Assembly (NCBI GenBank): GCA_964450705.1 | Contig: CAYVDB010000005.1 | Coordinates: 1-46,353 of the forward strand | DNA length: 46,353 bases | DNA from: an uncultured Candidatus Saccharibacteria bacterium | GTDB taxonomy: Bacteria > Patescibacteriota > Minisyncoccia > Phycocordibacterales > Zambryskibacteraceae | Reading direction: 5' to 3' | Shown here: positions 16,239-24,051 of the stretch, piece after piece | Numbering within the stretch: the stretch's first letter is position 1 | How the letters are laid out: each line of letters opens with the position of its first letter | The notes under the pieces: model-generated | What the model was told of the DNA's origin: nothing | Databases searched by the model: none | The model's input: only the letters and a program-made list of their open reading frames with translations | Translations under genes and position numbers: made by a program

Positions 16239-16286
16239 AGTTTTTCTCCAGAGAAAGAGATCTTCACCTAGTATATCTTTTATACT

Positions 16287-18215
16287 TTAAGATACTAGCG
16301 TGTAATCCAGAATCCTTTTATCTAGATCGGCATTTACAAGTTTTACTTTTACACGGTCACCTAGTGAGAATCGTCTTTTCTTCTCTATGCCTACGATAGA
16401 GTAGGTCTTTTCTTCAAGTATATAAGTGTCGTCAGTTAAATCTCGTAGCTTAATCATCCCTTCCGCTTTTGCGGTTTCCTCTTCAATATATATACCCCAC
16501 TCAGATACACCGGAAACAGTTCCAAAAAATTCCTGCCCAATTTTAGGCAACATGAATTCAACTTGTTTGTATTTGATTGAAGCCCTTTCTGCTTCAGCGG
16601 CAAGGATTTCTCTGTCAGTTGCATCATCTGCGAGCTTCTGAAGTTTAGTAATTTCATCTTGCTGGATTGCGCCTTTATTTAAAAATCTAAATATGAGCCT
16701 ATGAACAATTAGGTCTGGGTAGCGTCTTATAGGGGAGGTGAAGTGGGTATAGTATTCAAAACCAAGACCAAAGTGCCCCACGTTGTTTGTTGAATAGACG
16801 GCTTTAGCCATTGATCGTATGGTCGCTGTTTTTATAAGAGATTCTTCGGGCTTACCCTCAATTTGCTTTAAAAGTGAGTTTAGGTCTTCTGAGGTTACTT
16901 CTCCGTCAGATGCCTCAAGATCGTAGCCAAGAGCTTTTAGGAAAGTGTTTAAATTGATAATCTTTTCTTTGTCCGGAGCATCATGTATGCGGTAAATAAA
17001 AGAGCCTTTGTGTCCATTTTTCTTACCTTCTACATTCATAAAATGAGCAACTTCACGGTTGGCAAGAAGCATATACTCTTCAACAAGTTTATGGGTATCC
17101 TTTCTTTCTTTTCGATATACACGAAGTGGTTTTCCTTCCGCGTCTAATTCGAATTTTATCTCCTCTGTCTCGAATTCAATTGCTCCATTTGCAAACTTTT
17201 CTTCTTTAAGCTTCTTCGCAATTTGATTAAGAGTAGAGAGTTCTTGATAGTAGAGCCCTTCTCCTTTATCTAGAATTTCCTGCGCTTCTTCATAGGTGAA
17301 ACGCTTATCTGAATGAATAACAGTTTTTCCAAACCATCGATCTAGTACCGAACCCTTTTCATTCATGGTAAAAACCGCTCCAAAGGTAAATTTGTCTTCA
17401 TTGGGATTAAGGCTACAGAGATCGTTTGAAAGTATCTCTGGAAGCATTGGGATTGTCCGATCTACCAGGTAGACAGAAGTACCTCTCTTTCTTGCTTCTT
17501 TATCAAGGAGAGACCCCTCTTTTACAAAATGAGAAACATCAGCAATGTGGACTCCAATTTCGTATAATCCGTTCCCAAGATCTTTGTAGGAGATTGCATC
17601 ATCAAAATCTTTTGCATCTACTGGATCAATAGTAAAAGTCAGAGTGTCGCGGAAATCTTTTCTACGAGAGATCTCTTCTTGTCGAAGACTCAACTCCTTC
17701 TGCTTTATCTTTTCTGCTTCCTCCTCGACTTCTTTTGGAAAGGTCGCGTCAAATCCCTTTTCGAGAACGATGGATTCCATTTCGACGTTATGAACCCCCT
17801 TTTTCCCGAGAACCTTTAGGACTTCACCTTCTGGGCTTTTAAGGGGATCTTTCCATCCTATTATTTGCGCAAATACCTTTTCACCCTTTTTTGCTCCGAG
17901 TGCTTTTGAAGAGTGAATAAAGATATCACGGTACATCCTTCTATCATCTGTTTTTAGAAAGAAGAAATCATTTGTGTCGTTACCCTCTAGGACTCCTACG
18001 AAAGTCGTTTTTGCTCTTTTGTTAATGGAAATAACCTCTCCTTGCTCTCTGTCGTTTTCTTTTTGTGGCAGTAATTTTATAGTTACCTCATCTCCGTGTA
18101 GCCCAGTTTTTAGCCGAGAAGGCTGTATCTCAATATCTTGCTCTTTCTCGGGTACGGTAAAGTAGCCAACTCCACGTCCACTTACCGAAAGCGTTCCTGT
18201 ATAAGTATTTTCCAT
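16287..18215 (-). CDS. rnr: Ribonuclease R
   Basis: Cold-shock domains, RNB motifs TIDPVDAKDFDDA, HIADVS and YTHFTSPIRRYPDL, and a C-terminal S1 domain. Confidence 0.95.
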   Translation of the reverse strand: MENTYTGTLSVSGRGVGYFTVPEKEQDIEIQPSRLKTGLHGDEVTIKLLPQKENDREQGEVISINKRAKTTFVGVLEGNDTNDFFFLKTDDRRMYRDIFIHSSKALGAKKGEKVFAQIIGWKDPLKSPEGEVLKVLGKKGVHNVEMESIVLEKGFDATFPKEVEEEAEKIKQKELSLRQEEISRRKDFRDTLTFTIDPVDAKDFDDAISYKDLGNGLYEIGVHIADVSHFVKEGSLLDKEARKRGTSVYLVDRTIPMLPEILSNDLCSLNPNEDKFTFGAVFTMNEKGSVLDRWFGKTVIHSDKRFTYEEAQEILDKGEGLYYQELSTLNQIAKKLKEEKFANGAIEFETEEIKFELDAEGKPLRVYRKERKDTHKLVEEYMLLANREVAHFMNVEGKKNGHKGSFIYRIHDAPDKEKIINLNTFLKALGYDLEASDGEVTSEDLNSLLKQIEGKPEESLIKTATIRSMAKAVYSTNNVGHFGLGFEYYTHFTSPIRRYPDLIVHRLIFRFLNKGAIQQDEITKLQKLADDATDREILAAEAERASIKYKQVEFMLPKIGQEFFGTVSGVSEWGIYIEEETAKAEGMIKLRDLTDDTYILEEKTYSIVGIEKKRRFSLGDRVKVKLVNADLDKRILDYTLVS

Positions 18216-18256
18216 GTGAGCGCTTATTATATCTGAATTAAATACGTCTCTCTATA

Positions 18257-18284
18257 TTGACATACCTGTTTTTTACTCTAACCT
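18257..18284 (+). promoter_or_regulatory. Sigma70-like promoter for cassette 5
   Basis: TTGACA-16 nt-TAACCT. Confidence 0.65.
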
Positions 18285-18319
18285 TTATAGAAGACAATCC
18301 TTGAAGGGAGGGTAATCCT

Positions 18320-18532
18320 ATGGCGAGCGCTCTTTTCTCTTTTGAAACACCAGCGAATACTCTGCTTACTGAATTGGCAGAACTAGACGGAGTAGGCAAA
18401 ACAGAAGTTCTCCGGCGCTCTTTGATGCTCTATCATTTTCTTCGTAGAGAGATGAGAGACCAGGGGCTTCAGTCTGGCGCAAAGGTTGGTTTTGAAGTCG
18501 GGAACAAAAAGATTGACGTGGTAATACCTTAG
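18320..18532 (+). CDS. Small protein, probable ribbon-helix-helix (CopG-like) DNA-binding fold (cassette 5)
   Basis: ALFSF strand followed by LTELAELDGVGKTEVLRRSLMLY helix-turn-helix pattern. GGGAGG SD at 18306-18311. Confidence 0.65.
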   Translation: MASALFSFETPANTLLTELAELDGVGKTEVLRRSLMLYHFLRREMRDQGLQSGAKVGFEVGNKKIDVVIP

Positions 18533-18536
18533 CTTC

Positions 18537-18559
18537 AGAGACCCTTTAGGGGGTCTTTT
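18537..18559 (+). terminator. Intrinsic terminator
   Basis: AGAGACCC...GGGTCTTTT hairpin with a T-tract just after the stop. Confidence 0.75.
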
Positions 18560-18609
18560 CTTTACTTACAGCATTGACTCCTAATAAGACACCTGTTACT
18601 ATAGCCCCC

Positions 18610-19092
18610 ATGTTAAAAATTCGTTTGCAAAGAGTGGGCAGGAAACACGAACCAACTTTTCGTGTGGTTTTGACTGACTCAAAAAATAGCCCAAAAAGCG
18701 GACGATTCTTAGACGTTCTCGGATCATACGATCCACGTAAAAAAGGTGAGGTGTTCAACGGAGATAAAATTAAACATTGGATGAGCCATGGAGCTCAACT
18801 TTCTGACACTCTTCGAAATCTTCTCATTACTCACAAAGTTATCGAGGGCAAGAAAAAGAATGTTCTCCCTAAAAAGAGTCCTGTTGTAGACGAAGAGAAA
18901 CTTGCTCAAGAAAAGGCGGCGGCCGAAGAAGCTCTCCGAAAGGCAGAAGAAGAGAAAAAGGCAAAAGAAGAGGCTGATAAACTTGCTCAGGCAGAAGAAG
19001 AGAAAAAGGAAGAAGCTTCCCCAGAAGTTTTAGAGGAGGGTGCAGAGACTGTAGAAACTCCAGAAGTAAAAACAGAAGAAGCGACAAGTTAA
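18610..19092 (+). CDS. rpsP: 30S ribosomal protein S16 with an acidic C-terminal extension
   Basis: Motifs MLKIRLQRVG, FRVVLTDS, LGSYDP and GAQLSDT. Promoter TTGACT-17-TACTAT ends 7 nt before the ATG. Confidence 0.95.
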   Translation: MLKIRLQRVGRKHEPTFRVVLTDSKNSPKSGRFLDVLGSYDPRKKGEVFNGDKIKHWMSHGAQLSDTLRNLLITHKVIEGKKKNVLPKKSPVVDEEKLAQEKAAAEEALRKAEEEKKAKEEADKLAQAEEEKKEEASPEVLEEGAETVETPEVKTEEATS

Positions 19093-19099
19093 CTAACCT

Positions 19100-19165
19100 C
19101 CTGAGTGTATCGAAGGAACTTGTCCTGAGCTTGCCGAAGGAACTTGTCCTGAGCGTATCGAAGGA
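19100..19165 (+). repeat. Tandem array of a 24-bp REP-like unit (2.75 copies)
   Basis: CCTGAGTGTATCGAAGGAACTTGT / CCTGAGCTTGCCGAAGGAACTTGT / CCTGAGCGTATCGAAGGA. Confidence 0.85.
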
Positions 19166-19238
19166 TTGAGCAATTCTCTTTAAATTGTTACTATTGTATG
19201 GTGCAGGATGTCTGATTAGCTCTAGTTACAATCTAAAT

Positions 19239-19553
19239 ATGGAAAGAGACGTTCAATTTTTGGAAATGCTTGTGAAAGCTTTGGTAGACAACCCAGATGA
19301 TGTTCGAATCAATAGAACAGTAGACGAGATGGGAGTTCTCATTACCCTCGATGTTAATCCCGTAGATATGGGTAAGATTATAGGAAGACAAGGCAATACC
19401 GCAAAGGCCATCAGAACACTTCTCCGGGTTGTTGGTATGAAAAATAATGCTCGGGTAAATCTAAAAATAAACGAGCCTGAAGGAGGTAAGGTTGGCCAGC
19501 AAGTTATGAAAGATTTTGACCAAGCCTTAGACGACTTGAAACTCGAAGATTAA
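19239..19553 (+). CDS. khpA: KH-domain RNA-binding protein (KhpA/YlqC family)
   Basis: Motifs LVKALVDNPDDV and DMGKIIGRQGNTAKAIRTLL; syntenic after rpsP. Start at MERDVQ. Confidence 0.9.
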   Translation: MERDVQFLEMLVKALVDNPDDVRINRTVDEMGVLITLDVNPVDMGKIIGRQGNTAKAIRTLLRVVGMKNNARVNLKINEPEGGKVGQQVMKDFDQALDDLKLED

Positions 19554-19588
19554 AAAGACAGACCACCCTTACGGGGTGGTCTTGTTTT
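19553..19588. terminator. Bidirectional terminator between khpA and cassette 6
   Basis: GACCACCC-TTACG-GGGTGGTC flanked by A- and T-tracts. Confidence 0.8.
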
Positions 19589-19778
19589 CCGTTTGCTCGG
19601 GCTCTGCCCCAGGTTGGGTACCCTTGATTGCAGCGACGATTTCATCTGTTGCCAAGTTCAGAGCAAGTATCAAAAAAGCTGCAGCTGTCAAAGGCGGGAA
19701 TACATCTCGGTCGCTGATGAGCCCAAGAAAGAAAGTCCCAAACAGGGTCAGATATCTGTAGCTTTTGAACGAAAACAT
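19569..19778 (-). CDS. Small orphan membrane protein (cassette 6)
   Basis: Two hydrophobic segments. GGAG SD at 19785-19788 and a consensus promoter. Confidence 0.7.
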   Translation of the reverse strand: MFSFKSYRYLTLFGTFFLGLISDRDVFPPLTAAAFLILALNLATDEIVAAIKGTQPGAEPEQTENKTTP

Positions 19779-19800
19779 GGAATACTCCGAGTGAGGGTTC

Positions 19801-19835
19801 TTGACTTATTATAGCATAATATAGTAGCATGTCAA
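19801..19835. promoter_or_regulatory. Fully overlapping divergent promoters (cassette 6 on minus, trmD on plus)
   Basis: Minus: TTGACA(19830-19835)-16-TATAAT(19808-19813). Plus: TTGACT(19801-19806)-18-TAGCAT(19825-19830), 7 nt before the trmD ATG. Confidence 0.7.
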
Positions 19836-19837
19836 GT

Positions 19838-20491
19838 ATGACGCATTTCCATATAGTTACTCTTTTCCCAGGAGCTTTTGATTCCTATTTAGGAGAGTCA
19901 ATTCTTAAGCGCGCCATAGAAGATAAGAAAATAAAAGTAACATTCTACAATCCTCGGGATTTTGCCGCTAATAAACACGATAGAGTAGATAGGTCCCCAT
20001 ATGGTGGTGGCCCAGGTATGGTTATTCAAGCGCTTCCAGTTATAAAGGCGATTAGTAAGGCTAAAGGAAATAAAAAAAGGGTCAAGATCATTTTCTTAAG
20101 TCCAGGTGGGGAACAGTTTACTAATGAGTATGCACAAAAAACTGCCAAGAGTTTTTCCAATATTATTATTGTCTGTGGGCGCTATGAGGGAATTGATGCG
20201 AGAGTAAAAAAGGTTTTCAAAATGGACGATATATCAGTTGGGCCGTTTGTCTTAACGGGAGGGGAACTTCCTGCAATGCTTATCATTGACTCTATTGCGC
20301 GCCAGAAAAAAGGTATTTTAGGAAATTTTGATTCTTTAGAGGAGCGAAGAGTTTCTTCTCACGATTCATACACAAGGCCTGAGGTATTTGAATATAAAGG
20401 TAAGAGATATAAAGTTCCCAAGGTCTTGCTGTCTGGCCATAAAGCAAATATAGAAGAGTGGAAAAAACAGAGAGGCATATCTGGAAAGTGA
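19838..20491 (+). CDS. trmD: tRNA (guanine-N1)-methyltransferase
   Basis: Motifs VTLFP, PYGGGPGMV, CGRYEGIDAR, VLTGGELPA, YTRP and VPKVLLSGH. Confidence 0.97.
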   Translation: MTHFHIVTLFPGAFDSYLGESILKRAIEDKKIKVTFYNPRDFAANKHDRVDRSPYGGGPGMVIQALPVIKAISKAKGNKKRVKIIFLSPGGEQFTNEYAQKTAKSFSNIIIVCGRYEGIDARVKKVFKMDDISVGPFVLTGGELPAMLIIDSIARQKKGILGNFDSLEERRVSSHDSYTRPEVFEYKGKRYKVPKVLLSGHKANIEEWKKQRGISGK

Positions 20492-20524
20492 GGGGGCAGA
20501 AGAAATACTTCAAGGTATTTTAAT

Positions 20525-20562
20525 TTATAACAAAGATGTGCGATCGCACATCTTTGTTATAA
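20525..20562. repeat. Perfect 38-bp palindrome
   Basis: TTATAACAAAGATGTGCGA|TCGCACATCTTTGTTATAA with no spacer. Confidence 0.95.
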
Positions 20563-20618
20563 GGAGCAGTTTAAAGTCGGGGCTATTTAAAGGTTATGTA
20601 CTCTAACTCTGTTTTTAC

Positions 20619-20659
20619 TGTGGATAAGGTCTTGACTACATCTTTTATCCATATATAAT
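20619..20659 (+). promoter_or_regulatory. rpoB promoter with two DnaA-box-like sites
   Basis: TTGACT(20632-20637)-16-TATAAT(20654-20659); TGTGGATAA at 20619-20627 and TTATCCATA at 20645-20653. Confidence 0.65.
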
Positions 20660-20819
20660 TACCCCCACTTCGGCAAGATTGAGTTGCGGCCAGAATAAAC
20701 GAAGTTGCGGACGTTTATTAATTCTTTTTAGGAGTCTTGCATCCTAACAACTTATAAATTTTAGATATAGACAGAACGCCTCCTTGCAAGAGGTCATTTT
20801 GCGTTTTGCCAAAAATTGT

Positions 20820-23800
20820 ATGTCCCAAAAAACAATAAAAAGGGAGAAGAAGTATTTTGGAAAGTTTAAGGAATCAATGTCAGAGATTCCTAATCTGGTC
20901 GAGTCCCAGATCGATTCGTTTCAGTGGCTAATAAAAGAGGGCCTCAAAGAAGTTTTTCAGGAGTACTCTTCTATCAAGGATTTTTCTGAAAAGAAATTCA
21001 CGCTTGATTTCGTTGGTTTTGAGCTTTCAGAGCCAAAGTACGACGAGTATTATGCAAAAGAGAATAAATTGTCTTACGAAGCTCCGCTCAAGGTTCGTGT
21101 TCGTTTGAAGAACCATATTCATAAGTCAGAGAAGGAGCAGGAGATCTTCATGGCAGATTTTCCTCTGATGACACCTCATGGGACTTTCGTTATCTCAGGG
21201 ATTGAACGAGTTATTGTTCCGCAACTTGCTCGTTCATTTGGGGTATTTTTTACCTCTCAAATGCTTCGTGGTCGCCAACTCTTTGGCGCGAAAGTTATTC
21301 CTTCACGAGGCGCATGGATAGAATTCGAAACTGATCTTGAGGGAGTGGTAAATGTTCGTATAGACAAAAAACGAAAATTCCCAGCAACAGTACTTCTTCG
21401 TGCTCTTGGGGCTAAGACAGATAAAGAAATCATTGACCTCTTTAAAGGTAATGAGTTTGCAAAAACTCATATTGAAAAGACTCTTTTGAAGGATCACGCC
21501 AAGACAGAAGAGGAAGCATTTATAGAGATCCACAAGAGACTTCGAGATGGTGATTTGGCAACGGCCGAGAATGCAAAAGAATTTTTCCAATCAATATTTG
21601 GGGCTGAGCGGTATGATCTTTCTAAAGTGGGTCGTTTCCGATTCAACAACCGTTTCGGAAAGAGTATGAAAGAAAGTGAAATTGATCGAAGAACTCTCGA
21701 TCTCGATGATGTGCGCGTTATTCTTGATCACATAATAAAACTTAATAATACTCCCGATTCTGAAGCAGATGATATCGATCATCTTGGAAGTCGACGAGTT
21801 CGATATGTTGGAGAGATGTTCCAGCAAAAGATTCGAGTTGGTATGTCTCAGATCAAGAGAAATATTCAGAATAGAATGTCGACTGTTGATACCGACGTAA
21901 CTTTACCTGTGCAGTTTATTTCTCCAAAACCTCTTCAGGCTCGTATAAAAGAATTCTTCACTACTAACCAGCTATCTCAGTTTATGCAACAAGAAAATGC
22001 GCTGACTGAAATTGAGCATCTCCGCACGCTTTCTGCTTTAGGACAAGGCGGTCTTAACCGCGCACGAGCCGGCTTTGAAGTTCGAGACGTGCACCCCTCT
22101 CATTACGGAAGACTTTGTCCTATTCATACTCCAGAAGGGCCAAACATCGGTCTTATCTTACGTCTTGCGGTATATGCTCGAGTCAATGAGTTCGGCATGA
22201 TTGAGACCCCATATGCAAAAGTTCGTGATGGAAAGCTTACCGGTGAGGTCGAGTTTCTTAATGCTTTGGAAGAAGAGAAATGGAATATCGCTCACGCGGC
22301 AACTCCTTATGATGAAAATGGAAAGATTACTGTCTCTGATGTTGAGGTTAGATTTGAAGGTAAGCCAATTTCTGTTCCAAAGACAAGTGTAAATTATATG
22401 GATGTTGCTACAAATCAAGCATTCTCTATTGCAACATCAATGATCCCATTCTTGAATCACGATGATGCTAACCGCGCACTCATGGGAAGTAATATGCAGA
22501 AGCAGGCAACGCCTTCGATTGTTCCCGAAGCGCCTCTAGTTGCAACCGGTATTGAGGGTGCCGCTATTCGTGATACAGGACGCCTTATTCTCGCCGAAGA
22601 TCCAGGAACTGTTACTTATGTCGATGGAAAGAAAATTATTGTAAAAAGTGAAAAAGGAAAAGAGCGTGAGTACAAGCTTGTTACTTTTTCTCGAACAAAC
22701 GGATTTACTGCTTTTCACCAAAGACCATCTGTTGCTATTGGGACAAAGGTAAAAAGAGGCGATGTACTTGCTGACACCTCATCGTCAGACCATGGAGAGA
22801 TGGCTCTTGGGCACAATATTCTTATTGCTTTCATGTCTTGGTCTGGAGCGAACTACGAGGACGCGATTATCGTATCTGAGCGTTTGGTACAGGAGAGTAA
22901 GTTTACTTCAATCCACATCGAGGAATTTGTGGTAAATGTTCGGGATACAAAGCTTGGTCCAGAAGTTACCACTTGCGACATACCAAATGTTGGAGAATCA
23001 AAATTGAAAAATCTTGCAGAAGACGGTGTTGTTCGCGTTGGTGCGGAAGTTCGTCCTGGTGATATCTTGGTTGGTAAGATTACTCCAAAAGGGGAAACCC
23101 AACTTACCCCAGAAGAACGACTTTTAAGATCTCTATTTGGAGAAAAAGCTCGTGATGTAAAAGATACTTCCAAGCGAATGGAAGGAGGGAAGCGTGGACG
23201 AGTTGTGTCTGTGCAGATTTTCTCACGAGAGAAAGGAGATAAACTTGAGAGTGGAATTATAAAGAGGATTCACATTGAAGTTGCTCAATTACGACATCTT
23301 CAAGTCGGGGATAAATTAGCCGGACGACACGGAAATAAAGGAGTTATTTCAAAGATTCTTCCTGTTGAAGATATGCCTTATATGGCTAACGGTACTCCAA
23401 TTGATATTATCCTTACTCCACTTGGAGTTCCGTCTCGTATGAATCTTGGACAGATTCTCGAGCTTCACCTAGGTCTTGCCGCGCACACTTTGGGATATCA
23501 AGCGATTGTCCCTCCATTTATCGGCGCTACAGATACTGAAATCAAAGGAGAGCTTGTTGCTGCTGGCTTTGCTGAGGATGGAAAGATGCCACTCTTTGAC
23601 GGAAGAACAGGCGAGGCCTTCAATCAACGGGTTGCTGTAGGGTATATGTACATATTGAAACTTCATCATATGGTGGAAGACAAGATCCATATGCGTTCTA
23701 TCGGACCATACTCTCTCATTACTCAACAACCACTTGGAGGTAAGGCTCAAGGGGGAGGACAGAGATTTGGAGAAATGGAAGTGTGGGCACTTCTAGGTCA

Positions 23801-24026
23801 TGGGGTAGCACATACTCTTCGAGAGATGTTGACGATCAAGTCAGACGATATTCTCGGAAGATCCGCAGCTTTCGATGCAATTGTTAAGGGCGAAGAAATT
23901 CAAAACACTAACACACCGGCTTCATTTAATGTGCTTCTTAACAATCTACGCGGGCTTGCGCTCGATGTAGAGTTGAAGAAAACGTCAGGGTCGACCAATG
24001 AAGAAGATACTCAAGAAGAAGCCTAG
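20820..24026 (+). CDS. rpoB: RNA polymerase beta subunit
   Basis: Motifs DIDHLG, RDVHPSHYGRLCP, GSNMQKQ, GDKLAGRHGNKG and GGQRFGEME. Probable start MSQK at 20820. Confidence 0.98.
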   Translation: MSQKTIKREKKYFGKFKESMSEIPNLVESQIDSFQWLIKEGLKEVFQEYSSIKDFSEKKFTLDFVGFELSEPKYDEYYAKENKLSYEAPLKVRVRLKNHIHKSEKEQEIFMADFPLMTPHGTFVISGIERVIVPQLARSFGVFFTSQMLRGRQLFGAKVIPSRGAWIEFETDLEGVVNVRIDKKRKFPATVLLRALGAKTDKEIIDLFKGNEFAKTHIEKTLLKDHAKTEEEAFIEIHKRLRDGDLATAENAKEFFQSIFGAERYDLSKVGRFRFNNRFGKSMKESEIDRRTLDLDDVRVILDHIIKLNNTPDSEADDIDHLGSRRVRYVGEMFQQKIRVGMSQIKRNIQNRMSTVDTDVTLPVQFISPKPLQARIKEFFTTNQLSQFMQQENALTEIEHLRTLSALGQGGLNRARAGFEVRDVHPSHYGRLCPIHTPEGPNIGLILRLAVYARVNEFGMIETPYAKVRDGKLTGEVEFLNALEEEKWNIAHAATPYDENGKITVSDVEVRFEGKPISVPKTSVNYMDVATNQAFSIATSMIPFLNHDDANRALMGSNMQKQATPSIVPEAPLVATGIEGAAIRDTGRLILAEDPGTVTYVDGKKIIVKSEKGKEREYKLVTFSRTNGFTAFHQRPSVAIGTKVKRGDVLADTSSSDHGEMALGHNILIAFMSWSGANYEDAIIVSERLVQESKFTSIHIEEFVVNVRDTKLGPEVTTCDIPNVGESKLKNLAEDGVVRVGAEVRPGDILVGKITPKGETQLTPEERLLRSLFGEKARDVKDTSKRMEGGKRGRVVSVQIFSREKGDKLESGIIKRIHIEVAQLRHLQVGDKLAGRHGNKGVISKILPVEDMPYMANGTPIDIILTPLGVPSRMNLGQILELHLGLAAHTLGYQAIVPPFIGATDTEIKGELVAAGFAEDGKMPLFDGRTGEAFNQRVAVGYMYILKLHHMVEDKIHMRSIGPYSLITQQPLGGKAQGGGQRFGEMEVWALLGHGVAHTLREMLTIKSDDILGRSAAFDAIVKGEEIQNTNTPASFNVLLNNLRGLALDVELKKTSGSTNEEDTQEEA

Positions 24027-24051
24027 ATAACAATCTCAATCACGAACTATC

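Noticed and set aside
19100-19165. Mini CRISPR array
   Set aside because: The period is only 24 bp with no unique spacers, and there are no cas genes in the window.
20500-20780. Replication origin
   Set aside because: Only two DnaA boxes, no clear unwinding-element repeats and no dnaA/dnaN nearby. It is better explained as the rpoB promoter.
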